Source: Podarcis tiliguerta
Taxonomy: Eukaryota
Assembly: GCA_965153285.1 (NCBI GenBank)
Contig: OZ229110.1
DNA length: 64,000 nt
Strand: one strand, 5' to 3'
Shown here: positions 1 through 12,619 of the stretch, in pieces
Layout of the letters: each line of letters starts with the position of its first letter
How positions within the stretch are numbered: position 1 is the stretch's first letter
Translations under genes and position numbers: made by a program
Notes under the pieces: model-generated
Seen by the model: the letters and a program-made list of their open reading frames with translations, nothing else
Database searches by the model: none
What the model was told of the DNA's origin: nothing

Positions 1-327
1 GGGCTGGGGCCAAACTGTTGAGGCCATTTGTAAGTATATTTGTCATTTGAAGTCAAAAGGAAGCTGAGCGCATCTCACAAGGGGGAAAAGGTGCTCCTGT
101 TTTTATATACAAATCTTTAATCTTATGAATCAGAAGGAGCAAACCATAGCTACAAATTCATTATTACATGAAGTATTTTGAATTTTGTGTCTCCATTCAA
201 CTTCCAAAGGAACCACAGTAAGATCAGAAAAGATTATTCATATGATGATAAACTTATTTTGCAGGTTTTTCCCATTCATTGAGCATCTCACAAAGATGTT
301 ATTTAAACATTCCTTTTTCCACTGCAG

Positions 328-374
328 GGGGATTCCATGGAGTTGGAAATTTGGTGTTTGGAAATGAATGAAAA
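328..374 (+). CDS. ATG13: ATG13 exon (HORMA domain)
   Basis: ctgcag|GGG...AA|gtaagt; GDSMELEIWCLEMNE(K). Confidence 0.96.
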
Positions 375-454
375 GTAAGTGTGTGTTGCTGATTCTTGTC
401 CAATAAGCAGATATTCCTTGGCTGACTGAGTGCATAAGGGCACAGGACTTCATC

Positions 455-613
455 TGAATACTAGTTGCTGGGAAACAACAATGGGAGAGGGCTGCTGCAC
501 TCATGCTCTGTTTGTGGGCTTCCCATATGCATTTGGTTGGCCACTGTGGGAAACAGAATACTCAACTAAATAGTTATTTGGTATGATACAGCAGGACTCT
601 TCTTATGTTCTTA
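455..613 (+). mobile_element. CR1-type LINE 3' end, decayed
   Basis: ...ggttggccactgtgggaaacagaat... ending in TTCTTATGTTCTTA tail. Confidence 0.65.
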
Positions 614-1286
614 GTCATGTTCACAGTTTCCCCACTTGCCTTGAAGCAGATATAACAGGGTAGAGCTAAAACCATGTGAGGTTTGGATTATCTTCAATGA
701 CTATAGTTGCAAGCCAATATGGCTAAACGGTAATAGCAACCACTCCGTGTGCACTCAGGTTTAGGAAATGCATGAATTACGAAATAGGAAAGTTGAGTTA
801 AATTAGGTTGTTTTCGATTTTAAATGACTAATTTAAATCAATTCACCCTGGATCTAAAAGGGCAGTTATTATTAGATGGCAGAAAGCTCTAAAATAAATC
901 CTCCTATTGACCCATGATTTAAATGACCTGTTTTGATTTAACAATGTTGTAGAAGACACTAGAGTTAAATTATCTACAGTGAGTCAGCAGTTTAGTTCTG
1001 ATTTTTTTTTTAAATTCTGCATCAGGCAAACATAATTAGCCACAAGCATCTGCTGCTTCGTAGCTTTTACTTGTCTCCTAGACTAGAAAAATTGCAAAGG
1101 GACTTAAGGTTTTATGACATTTATCATTCAAGTAAGAGAGAACTCTTAGTATCTGTTAGCTGAGAAATTCAAGTGTCTTTTCACAGAACATACCTGCTCA
1201 GTATTTAAAGTCATGTGTATCTTTTTGGCTAGGTGCTGAAGTACAAGGATTTCTAACTGATTAAAAATAAGAATTATATAGGTATC

Positions 1287-1416
1287 TACAAGCTATATAA
1301 GAAAATAAGCTACAAAATGCTCAAAAACTTAACAGTGATTAATTCTAGTACAAGCTGTATAAGAAAATAAGCTATAAAATGCTCACAAACTTAACAGTGA
1401 TTAATTCTAGTACAAG
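1287..1416. repeat. 62-bp tandem duplication (2.1 copies)
   Basis: tacaagct(a/g)tataagaaaataagcta...gtgattaattctag x2, 3 mismatches. Confidence 0.95.
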
Positions 1417-1653
1417 ATTATTTGTAACTTCTGCAAATACTTTTTTGCAATTAGATAAATATTCTTTGGGAACAAATTGCATAAGGCATATGAATAGATT
1501 GTGTTTCTGAGGGCAGGTTGTAATCTCAATTGCTTCTATTTTACATGGCTAAATCTAAAGTAGACCACAAATGTCACTGTCTCTAGCTTGTATTAATGTA
1601 CTTTGTGTCACTTCATTAAGAATATTGGACTAACGTTTCTGTGTGCTTTTTAG

Positions 1654-1794
1654 GTGTGATAAAGAAATCAAAGTTTCCTACACTGTGTACAACAGACTGT
1701 CTCTATTACTGAAGTCTTTACTTGCTATAACAAGGGTGACTCCTGCCTACAGACTCTCTAGGAAACAAGGTCATGAATATGTAATATTGTACAG
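1654..1794 (+). CDS. ATG13: ATG13 exon (HORMA domain)
   Basis: ttttag|...AG|gtaata; [46 protein letters not shown](R). Confidence 0.97.
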
Positions 1795-2490
1795 GTAATA
1801 AATATTGAAATAGAAACAATAGAACTATTGGCTCTTAGGCACTTTTCCCACTTATTTTTTCCTATGGTATTTTGCAATTCTTGATCAACGCTTCATTATT
1901 TTTCTTTAGCTTCTCCGTATTCTTAGAATATCTTTCCCTTTAAAAGCCAACTTGCTTCCTCGGTTGTTTCCTTTAAAAGGATCCTTAGTTAAAACATAAC
2001 TTTTTTCTCCCATCTTTGTCTTAGAACATGTCTGGTAGAAAGTTTTCGAACTGCTAAAGGTTTGGCAGGTGAGGGGGGATCCTTTTTAAATAGAAAAGGC
2101 AAGTCTGAATTGGGTCTTGCAATGGTACTTCTGGTTCATCTGATGACCAGTGAATGGAATATGAGCTGTGGGTTCAGATTTCCAGCTCAGCCATGAATTT
2201 ACTGGATGACGGCATTGGACAAACTGCTGTCTTTCAGACCCAGTTAATAATAATAAATAATTTTTTATTTATATCCCGCCCTCCCCAGCCGAAGCCGGGC
2301 TCAGGACGGCTAACAACAATGTACTCATGAGTAAAATACTCAGATAAATATTGTATAGGTAAAGAATCTTAATCTTGTAAAGTACTTTGTAAATCAGAAG
2401 ACCCAGCTCAATGATAAACACTTAGTGCACCTGACTTTATACTACCTAGTAGACTATATTTAATGTGCACTCTCTCTCTCTCTCTCATAG

Positions 2491-2531
2491 GATATACTTC
2501 GGAGAAGTTCAGCTGAGTGGCTTGGGAGAAG
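2491..2531 (+). CDS. ATG13: ATG13 exon (HORMA domain)
   Basis: (tc)n-atag|...G|gtatgg; IYFGEVQLSGLGE. Confidence 0.96.
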
Positions 2532-2944
2532 GTATGGTTTGGCAATGAACAAACTAGCTGAAGACTTTTAAAAAACCCTATTACTATATACCAGTAACAT
2601 GAAGGATTTTGGATGTAGGGGAAATTAGGAGAGTCCCTTACTGGAGGTCAATAATAGCAATATAACATTTATTAACAGCACGTGCATCAGTCCCTACGTG
2701 GACTAGCACAATTAGTAAAATAACTTTTTTAAAAAAGATGCTGAGAGATTTATTAGGAAGAGGTATGCCTTCAGTAAGGGATATGGCAGGAGAGCATATT
2801 GTTATCCCTTTGTTGCTAGCAGAATGACATAAACTGTCATTCAGCAACAGAGAAATGGCAAATCAATCTTTATCTTTAATGCTGACTATTAAATTATTAT
2901 TAGTAGTAGTAGTAGTAGTAGTAATTTTTCTTCTATTTCCATAG

Positions 2945-3041
2945 GATTTCAGACCGTCCGTGTTGGGACAGTGGGTACTCCATTAGGCACCATCACTTTG
3001 TCCTGTGCCTACAGAATCAACCTAGCTTTCATGTCTACCAG
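2945..3041 (+). CDS. ATG13: ATG13 exon (HORMA C-terminal part)
   Basis: ccatag|...AG|gtgaga; [31 protein letters not shown]. Confidence 0.97.
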
Positions 3042-3331
3042 GTGAGAGCATGAGAGTCAAACTAATCCACATTTTCCAGGACACTTTCCATTTCTGAAGC
3101 CCAAAATCCTGGGCTTCTCAGATTTTGTGGAGTGCTATTGTTTGGTAGCCCTGAGTCATGCTCCTGAACACCAATTTCCTTGTTCATGTGTGGAGTTGCA
3201 GGGTTGAATTGTGGGGATGCTCTGCTTCCCATTAACTGATGCAGAAGAGCAGTCTAGCTGTCAGAATTGGGGTTGCAGCAGAGAAGAGAACACAGTCTTA
3301 TGAATAACACCATTTGCTTGTTGCATTGCAG

Positions 3332-3430
3332 GCAGTTTGAGAGGACCCCACCTATCATGGGGATTATCATTGATCACTTTGTGGACCGTCCCTACCCCAG
3401 CTCCTCACCCATGCATCCCTGCAATTACAG
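3332..3430 (+). CDS. ATG13: ATG13 exon
   Basis: ttgcag|...AG|gtgagg; [32 protein letters not shown]. Confidence 0.97.
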
Positions 3431-4075
3431 GTGAGGAAATGCAAATCACAGATCATAGGTGAAGGCAGTTCTTCCCAAATACAGAGCCTCTACATCATGC
3501 ACTGCTGGGTGGAGAAAAGAAAAAGTCCTTACATGAAATGGAAAACCCTGCATTTTCTATTCTATAAGAAGTGGGTGAATGGCATATGGTCTAGAGGGTT
3601 CTTAGACTTTCAGACTCTCTCCAGTTCATGTACACAGTGGTTCACATGAATTCTCATTTGCATCATTAGTATATAATCAGAAAAAAATACAATGCAGAGT
3701 GAAAACTCTTAACTGCTAAGTGAAATGAGTTGCAGAAGGAAGCTAACACAGTGCATTGCAAGCATTGATTTTAGTGTTTGTACACTCAAGTGTCAGCATT
3801 CAAAAGCATTCGTGGTTCATTTATTTCATATAGTTTTCAAATACTGGATCTACTTTAATTTGTGAAAGGGAATGTTTACCAGCAGATGCTTCTGCTGGAG
3901 GAAGAGGGACTGGAGGTATGCCATCTCCCTCACTTTTTGCAACCCTCAGGAGCAGTGAAACTAGGAACTGATGAATAACTACCCCCTCCTTATCCAGCGG
4001 AAGCATCTTGGAAGTGGAATTCCACTTATGGGAAGCCTAGAGCCAACCCATTGCAATGTATAATATTTTGACAAA

Positions 4076-4165
4076 GAATCATAGAATTTTAGAGTTTGAA
4101 GGGTCCTCTAGTCTAACCCTCTGCAGTGCAGAAATCTCAACTGAAGCATACATAACAGGTGGTCA
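4076..4165 (-). mobile_element. CR1 3' tail fragment
   Basis: gaatcatagaattttagagtttgaaggg...tagtctaaccc, reverse of the CR1 3' end. Confidence 0.65.
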
Positions 4166-4290
4166 TAAAAATCAAAGGGTTCTTTTAGTAAAAGGTTTTA
4201 TTTTATAAACATTTCCTTTGCAGTCAGACCAAAAGCAATGATAAGGTGCTTTAAACTGGCTTTGAAGCTACATTTTGTACATCTCTACAG

Positions 4291-4380
4291 CATAGCTGTC
4301 AACATTTCCCTTTTCTTGTGAGGGATCCTATTCGGAATAAAGGAATTTCCCTTTAAAAAATGGAAATGTTGACAGCTATG
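4291..4380. mobile_element. 90-bp hAT-type MITE
   Basis: TIR CATAGCTGTCAACATTTCC / GGAAATGTTGACAGCTATG; 8-bp TSD ctctacag/ttctacag. Confidence 0.9.
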
Positions 4381-4667
4381 TTCTACAGCTGGTAACATAG
4401 GTAACATTTATCAGGAAGAATCTTCCTAACAAAAACTAAAAGGCAGATAGGTGAATAATGTTTCATACTTCTCCTGGACAAATAAAAGCCACTCTAGTAG
4501 CATTTATTTAAACCCCGATAAGCAAAGAGTTAGAGCTCCTTCATAATTCTCCTTTCAACTCCACTCAGATGTTCTGGGTCTGTCTACAATGTCTGTCTCT
4601 GTATGTACTTTAAATCTTGCGTTTTATTGAACATTCCCATTTTGAAGTTTATCTCCTTCTGTTACAG

Positions 4668-4755
4668 AACAGCTGGTGAGGAAAATGCATACCCATCAGT
4701 GGAAGATTCTCAAGAAGCCTGCACCACCTCTTTTTCTACTTCTCCACCATCACAG
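4668..4755 (+). CDS. ATG13: ATG13 exon
   Basis: ttacag|...CAG|gtaaac; [29 protein letters not shown]. Confidence 0.96.
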
Positions 4756-6333
4756 GTAAACAATTTTTCGGAGACCATTGTATGTTTTCCAGCATGCCTC
4801 TTTCAGAGACGCAGCTAGCTGTATTGTCATGTTTGTCAACAAGGCACGTTTTAGTTTACAGACACTTGTATTTTTAATTAAAGTTTTAAGAAATGGAATA
4901 TTACAGATTGTTAGACAAATACAAAAATGAAGGTTACTGAAAACTAAATGATAGTTTACTACATCTGTGCCTAATGATAAGTTTCCTTGTGCATACAAAA
5001 ATTCTGTCTCTTTATAGATAAAACAATGTGGTATTGGTCACACTTGATTGCACAGAGTACAGTTTAAGTTCTGAATCAATTTTGCTGACAATCTCTTGAT
5101 TGCATAGTATTCACCTGTTTCCATCCTGCTGCAATTTAAAAACCTTTCTCTATACCTGGCAATTGTAAAATACTTAAAGATCGGGTCACTTTTCTCTTCT
5201 CTTTTCCTTTTAAAACTTTGCATACTCTGGCCGATGTATTCCATAGATTTAAAAGACTGGCAAAGAGCCTTTGGAGCTGTGCGGTTGGTGTTGAAGGTTT
5301 AGTTTTCGAATCTCCTTCACTAGGGCAACCCTGGTGTGGAAATGAGTTTCTGATTGCATTTCCAGAAGAGAAGATATGTAAACAGATGCTGTTAGGGAAG
5401 GAGAAGGCATGTAACACTTGTGGTGCACATAATCCTAGGAAACTGCTGAGGATCATATCTTAACTTCAGGCTAGAGGATAAGGGCATCCTCTACAGGCAG
5501 CTGTGGGTTGGGCACAGCCTTCTGCTTCACCCCTGTTTTCCTGGATCAAAGTGTCCAGTTCCAATTTATGTATGTTTTGGGGCACTCTAAAGATTTTTGC
5601 CTTATGCTTAGGGGCTCTCCTGGTTGCCCAGTCAAATATCACAAAAGAAACAAGTTCCTATAAAAGGTTATGAATCTATTACTTCAGTTGTCTCAATCAA
5701 ACTCTATTCTGAAGACACATGGCTTCTGACTTTGACAGCCAGCACAGCTGATGAGTTTGTGGCTCAAGGCTTTTTCTCTGTTCTTGCTAGGGTTTGTGTT
5801 CAGCTGCTCTGTAACAGGGTGAGGTTTCTTTTTTTTAAAAAAACAACAGTGTTTGACAAAGCCTATTGTCTTACTGCTTGTATTGAACCTTCAAGCCTAG
5901 TGCAACTGGAGATTGCTTTGATCACTGAGATGCATGAGGACTTAGAGTGATCTCCACTTTATATAGCTCCCCCTTTGCTCAGTTGTCACCAACAGCTATT
6001 CAAGCCTAGTTGTTAAGATGATCAATAAAAGTCCTACAACATCTGACTTTAGAAGAGAGTTTCAGGCTGTTGGTTATATGTGATCAGCAGTGAATTCATT
6101 GATAAAGACTACAACTAGGAACACTTTTTTAAAAAAGCGGACAACAGTTTCCTGACATTTTAAACCCTTTATAAAGCATGCAGCTCCCCTGCAATTCTGC
6201 AACTCTTTGACATGGATGAATGTTTCTCATAGCTGTAGCCACAGTCCTCACCAACATTCACTTCATCCAACTCTTTTCAGTTTTTCTTTCTGAAGTCTTT
6301 TTCTTTCTTTTCCTTTTGTGTGTCTGTGTTCAG

Positions 6334-6432
6334 TGTGTATTTACTGTCACTAAGGCACATTTTCAGACCCCTCCTCCAGTCGTGACGGATACATTGAAGG
6401 GCCCTTTGATGGGGCTGACCTTTTCACATCAA
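6334..6432 (+). CDS. ATG13: ATG13 alternative (cassette) exon, 99 nt, phase 0-0
   Basis: gttcag|TGT...CAA|gtgagt; CVFTVTKAHFQTPPPVVTDTLKGPLMGLTFSHQ, resembles the insert of the long mammalian ATG13 isoform. Confidence 0.88.
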
Positions 6433-8133
6433 GTGAGTTCATAGCAGAAAAAAATATGTTTGGCCTGACAACACCTTTAAAATAAAGAAGGTGCATGACA
6501 AAAGTATTTTTTCACTAACTAGTAAATCATTTTCCTTAGATTTGGCTCTTTAGGCTGGTTAGCCTAAAATGAAACATGCATTTGAGTTTAATGTGCTTAG
6601 AGGTTTGCAAAATCTGTTCAGTTACTGACTACCTTTTAGAAAAGAAAATGAATCAAACATCTCTGAAGTTATAAATTTATTGTCTTTATTGCTGAACAGG
6701 AAATTTGCAAAGAAGCAATGAAAATATGTACTTTAGACTACAGGGCAAACTTTATAGAGCAATCGTAGAATACTGATCGCTTCGTGGAGTAGAGTTTTCT
6801 GGAAATTGCTGTGTGTTTTCTTGAGTTGACCAAGGGACAGGAAATAAACAGTATTTTTCACCTCTGAAGAAATTAAAAGTTTATTGTCACCATTATAAAG
6901 GGCTGAAGCCCTTTATAAGGAGTCAATTTTATTCTAGTGGATTATTCTAGTGGATTAATTTTGTTACAGTTGGCCTTAGACATTGGCTTTTGGAGCACAT
7001 TAATTAATTACTGTGAGCCCAGTATTCCACATAGGCATTTCTTCTGTTTCTTTTCCAGAGCTTTCCGATAGCCCAGTGAGGAATTTAATATTTTGTTGTC
7101 CAATGTTTTTCTGTAGCTGTTTCAGACTGTGCTTTGGGGGTGTGATACCAGTAGATTCTATTTTTTAATGTTACCTGAGTCATTTTGAAAACAGTCCTGT
7201 TTTTATTTGTTTGAATTCCCTGAAATCCTGTTTTCATTTGTTTTATATGCTTTTACACAACTGTTCTTTTAAGGGTTTGATGTAGTATTCTTGCTTTAAT
7301 GATATTATTTATTAGGTTATATATACAATTTAAAGATTTTTAAAATATTAAGCAGAGGAAGGTTTGGGCTATGAGGTGGACTTTCACATTGAGGACTATA
7401 AAATGCCTGCTCTGGAAACTTTTGCCTCTATAACTGAGATGCAGAATGTGAGGCTTTATGTTCGGGCTTTGCCCTTCTTGGTGTGGGAGTCAAAGAGAGG
7501 CATGCAGTTGGTCACATGATTTGTTTGACAATGAACCTATATCCACAGTTAGAGTCTGCTGTCAGAGCAATGGTTTTCCAGGCTTCTTCTGTAGCATTTA
7601 TTTAATAAAGGCAGTGAAAATCAATAGGAAGTTGAAGTAGCATATAACAATAATATATAAAACATTTTAATAAAACACAGAACAGTCATTTAAAAAAAAC
7701 CTCATAGAAAACAAATAATAAACACAGCTTTTAAGTAATTCCTCTCTTGTCCAGCATGTTATTGGTCAACATACTTCATACTATCCTCTCAGTCCTATAT
7801 GAATGTCATCTCCATCATTTGTAGGTGTTGAGCATCATTTTAAAGCAAAATCCAGGCTTGAGAGTGGTCCCTGGTAATCCTAAACACAACTTGAAAATAA
7901 GTTCCATTGAAATCGGTGGCAACTTTTTCTTTTAAGTAAAGATGTTTAGGATTGGTTTGGTTTAGTTTGGTTTTGTGTGTGCATGTGGCTCAGACTACCT
8001 CAGTTCCAGCCTAGTATTTTATTCTGTAAATCTGATTTCTTTTCCTGGCCTTTTCCAGTAATTCTGAAAATTATTCAGACTGTGTGGGGTTTTCCCTTTC
8101 TCTCCCTTTCCCTTTCCCCCTCTCATTTCTTAG

Positions 8134-8244
8134 CTCTCCAGCTCTCGTCTTTCTTATCAGCCTACAGCCCTGGGAGTTGGATCAGCTGACCTGGCCTACC
8201 CAGTAGTCTTTGCTGGCGGCTTGAGTGCTGCACATCCTCACCAG
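8134..8244 (+). CDS. ATG13: ATG13 exon, 111 nt, phase 0-0
   Basis: tcttag|...CAG|gtattc; [37 protein letters not shown]. Confidence 0.95.
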
Positions 8245-8775
8245 GTATTCTTAGAGGTTTGAGACCATTTTATATGTCTCATAGCTAACTCTGTTCCTTA
8301 ACTGTTGACATATTTCTCTATCCATTCTTACCCCATTATTTTACTTGTAGGGTACAGTCAGAGCTGAGCAACATGAGAAGCAGCCTTGCTTTGCCTGTTA
8401 AGAAATTTGAAGGCTTTCTGCCATAAAGCAAAGAAAACTGGAGGATATCCTAGTCAAGTGCTGGGAATGTGGGGCCAGTGCCCAGCTTTCTTTGTCATGT
8501 CTGGTTATCACTCTCCTTAGTTGATAATTTCTTCTGGTGCTCCCTGTCTTAACTTCATTGTAAGTGACTGAGATCCTCTCCAGCTCTCTTTACCTGTTGG
8601 TAGGAAGCCTTCAGGCAGAACCAGGCTGTTTCTCATATCATGAGTATAACATGTAACCAGATGTCAGCTACCTATCATTGAGAGTCAGGCAACCATACAT
8701 TTGAAAATAAAAGAGCCTAGAGCTTTTTTTAATGAATACTAAAATATCTAATTTTCTTATCCCTTTCTCCTCCAG

Positions 8776-8915
8776 TTGATGATTCCAGGGAAGGATGGAG
8801 GAGTGCCCTTGATTCCTAGCCAACCAGTTCATGGCACTCAGGCTGATCATGAGAGAATGGCCACATGCACCCCTTTGGATGGGGGTCACTACTCTGCAGT
8901 TACTCCAGCTAGCAG
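8776..8915 (+). CDS. ATG13: ATG13 exon
   Basis: ctccag|...AG|gtaag; [46 protein letters not shown]. Confidence 0.95.
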
Positions 8916-10903
8916 GTAAGTTTTCCATCTCTCCATAGTGATTCATAGTCTTACTACAGGTTTTAAAAATAATAATTCATTTGCTAGGCTATAAGCAGCT
9001 TTCTGGAAAGAGGCAGTTAGGAAGATCATTAGAGGACTTTAACTTTCCCTAATTCACATTCTTTTTCCTCCCTTTCTTTCCCCACAAAGTGAAAGTGCAG
9101 AGAAAGCATGTGTAAGTAGGATTCTCCTACATTTGCAGTAACTACAGCCCTGTAGGAAGATAGGACAGTAATTTTACAAATCCAACAGCTGTTTGATAGA
9201 ATGTTTTCATAGTAAAATGCATCTACACACATAAAATCAACATTATTTAGTATTCAGTAATTACAGTAACTTTCACTATTCTTGATGGATCAGCACCTAA
9301 AGTTCAGCATTGTTTCGGACTTTGGAAACTTTACAAATTTCAGTAACAGCTAAAAATGTAAGAACTGGAGCTGTACTCTTGGTAAGATATACATCTGTCT
9401 GATCCAGCTACTTTTAATGCCACTATTTCCACCTTGTGACATTTCATTAGTTCCACATACTAGACTCTTCATTAGTAATAATAAAGTAGTTGTGGTTTCA
9501 TTTCTGTAAAATGACTGACTGCAGGTACTAAAGCATAGTTGTAGCTTCTAACAAGAATACCTCAAACACCAATTCCTGCAGAGCTTCTGTTAGGGTTAAG
9601 CACAAACCTTGCCCTTTAGAGTTGAGGACAGTACCAACACTGACATTTGCAGTTTAATACTGGTAGCTTTGACAAACTTAACATTTCTATTTTTCCTGAG
9701 GATGTAATTTAGAAAAGCGCCTGGGATGCTAGTCTCAAATTGCCCACTGTCTGTCCCCTTAAATAAACATGCAAACACTTCATCTTCACTTGTAAAGCTG
9801 TAACACCATTTAATACTGGTCCAGCCAGCACTGCTGTACAGTTCAATTTCTTGATGTTAGTACATTTCAATTAATGTTAGGAAGCTACCACAAGCTTAGA
9901 AGAAGCCAATTTAGTCTTTTTTATGTTTATGTGTGATATCAATATATACAGATTGACAGATCCACATGTGCCAATTAATCACCATATTTGACAGGAATAA
10001 ATCATCCATGCATACTACACCTCTAAGTCATGAAATGCAATAAAATGCAATAAAAAATAGGGCTTTCAAAAGCTGAACAGGTGTAGGGGGCACTATTTGG
10101 TCTAGGGCCTGTTCACATGTATTCTATAATCTCTGGGTAGTGCCCCTGTTCATATGGCTGTAATCTCCCTCTCCACACCTGTACCTGCATCCAGGAGGGA
10201 TATGATCAGGAGGCTCTAAAGGCCTGGAATGACATTGCCTTTTGAAGACATTTATGGTGTGGATATTAATTCAACATACAAATCACAACTTGAAGTGGGG
10301 AGATACCCATGAAAATATTAAGAAAACAAAATCCATTGAGGAAAATTCTGTTTTGCACAAAGAAAGAGTAAAGAGTAGTGAAATATTCTGTGGGAACAGT
10401 TTTGTAGTCTTTTATCCAGAATGTGGCTGGGAGGGTTCTGTTCAAATTGTATTACACAAATCCTCCACCAACTTCACTGGTTACCAGTTTGTTCTCAGGC
10501 TCAATTCAAAATGTTGGCTTTGATATTTAAAATCTTGGGACCACAATATGTTAAGACACACACACCCTGCAAATGAGTCTGTCCAGGATTTCTACTCCAC
10601 TTTGGATACCTTCCTTTGGGATCACCACCTTCACCACTATATGAAATACAGCAAGTGGGTACCCTTTTCAGTTTTACTTGGGATGACTACTGAGATAACT
10701 TTGATTCACCATGAACTTTGCTGATATTTTTTACACATTATGCATCGTCCTTTGTGTGTAGAATACTGCCTTTTGTACCTGCAGTACAACATATGGGTAA
10801 ACAAATAATACACTCTCATGTACCAGTGCTTCATTCCAGAGCTCGTGCAGAGCAAGAAAAACAAAAGGAAATCAATTAATACCCCTTCTCTTTTCTCTCT
10901 CAG

Positions 10904-11021
10904 TGAGGACACAGAAACTGTATCTAACAGCAGTGAAGGAAAGAGTGGGTCCCCACATGATCTCTGGGAGACAATATTTGTGCGGAAGGTGGGAGCCTTT
11001 GTCAATAAACCTATCAACCAG
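10904..11021 (+). CDS. ATG13: ATG13 exon
   Basis: tctcag|...CAG|gtaatt; [39 protein letters not shown]. Confidence 0.97.
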
Positions 11022-11338
11022 GTAATTTAAGTTCATTGCTCTTGGAGACTTTGTGTCAGAAATATGGTGGTTGCAAGACTTGCATTGAGCAAGGGGTTGG
11101 ACAAGGTCTTTCCCAGCTCTGAAATTCTATGATGTGCTGTTCTTTAGGAAAGAAAAAACGCAAGGAATATCCTCTCCCTTGAAACAGCAGGCAGAAAACA
11201 ACAGCAGCCTTTCTATTTCTTTCTCCTTTGAACATTAGTTGATCATAGTTTGAAGATTCACAGTGCTGTGTTGCATGCTGGGTAAGAGGAGCGGCATTTG
11301 ACTGAACATTTGGGATTCTGTCTTTTGATCCTTTCTAG

Positions 11339-11416
11339 GTGACCATGGCCAGTTTGGACATTCCTTTTGCTATGTTTGCTCCCAAGAACATTGAGCCAGA
11401 AGATAATGACCCCATG
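11339..11416 (+). CDS. ATG13: ATG13 exon
   Basis: ttctag|...ATG|gtaaga; [26 protein letters not shown]. Confidence 0.96.
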
Positions 11417-11595
11417 GTAAGAAATGCCAGTCTTGCTCAGTTCTGCCTTCTCAGATTTGAGTGGGTCTGAATTTCCTAACCCAGCCATTAGCATGCTTGT
11501 GTTTTCTGACTGAAAAACATAACTTTTAGCATCCATTTAATTCCCTCATGCCAGTGTTTGGGTATGTTGGTCTGACACTTGGATCTCTTCAACAG

Positions 11596-11712
11596 GTGAA
11601 TCCTCCTGACTCTCCAGAAATAGAGTCTCCCCTCCAGGGCAGCCTACACTCAGTGGGCTCCAGTGGCAGCAGCAATGGGAACATCCATGACGATTTTGTT
11701 ATGGTTGATTTT
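11596..11712 (+). CDS. ATG13: ATG13 exon carrying the LIR motif (DDFVMV)
   Basis: caacag|...TTT|gtaagt; [39 protein letters not shown]. Confidence 0.97.
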
Positions 11713-12490
11713 GTAAGTTGATGCAGCCCTTTACATACACATACATCCTTCGCCTCGATGTCTGAAGCAGAACTGAAATGCTAAAATATATGAAATTCCT
11801 TGGGAAAAGGCATCTTCACAGAACCAATGTGGGGCAAATGGCTCTGAATATTATTTCATTAAAAAGCAGAAGTGTACTGATGTGGCCTCCCAGAATATTG
11901 AAAGACTGAGCTTGCAGGAATTCCAGCATACTGGACCCTTTTGAGTGACCTGAAATTTTTATTCTTAAGAACCCATGATGAGTTTTACTCATGGGACTAG
12001 AACTCAAAGGCTATTTGATGCAGCCTTCTGTCCAAAAGTGGCCCTTTTCACAAACTGTCCCCCAAATCAATCTCAGCAAATTCTCTACATCACTCAGATT
12101 ATAGGGTGACATGAGCAAAGAGCAGTATCTAAGAAGGTGGTCTACAACACAGGTTATAATAATAACAATTTATTATTTATATGCTGCCTATTTGACTGGG
12201 TTGCCCCAGCCACTCTGGGCGGCTCCCAACAAAAATAGTAAAAGCAATATAACATCACACACTACAGACTAAAGGTTCACCTGCAGTCCAGAGAATAGCC
12301 AGATGACCAGTTTTGATAGGAGAAAGATGAAAACATGTTCTACTATATGCCGTACATTGTGCTGATGTTGGGTGAAACAATGGAATGCATTTCATTAATA
12401 GTGGTTAAATACATTATTAGATGATGATTGACCAGAGCACTGTTGTGTTATCAATGTACAGCTGACTGATATTTGTCCATTTAATTCTAG

Positions 12491-12619
12491 AAACCGGCAT
12501 TTTCTAAGGATGACATTCTTCCAATAGACCTTGGAACATTCTACCGTGAATTTCAGAATCCTCCTCAGCTCAGCAGCCTCTCCATTGACATTGGGGCTCA
12601 GTCCATGGCAGAAGATCTG
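12491..12619 (+). CDS. ATG13: ATG13 exon
   Basis: ttctag|...CTG|gtatgc; [43 protein letters not shown]. Confidence 0.97.

Noticed and set aside
1287-1416. CRISPR-like or functional repeat array
   Set aside because: Simple two-copy tandem duplication without spacers in a vertebrate intron
12421-12470. C/D-box snoRNA (ATGATGA...CTGA) in an ATG13 intron
   Set aside because: Only ~50 nt, no terminal stem, overlaps the branch region ~20 nt from the acceptor
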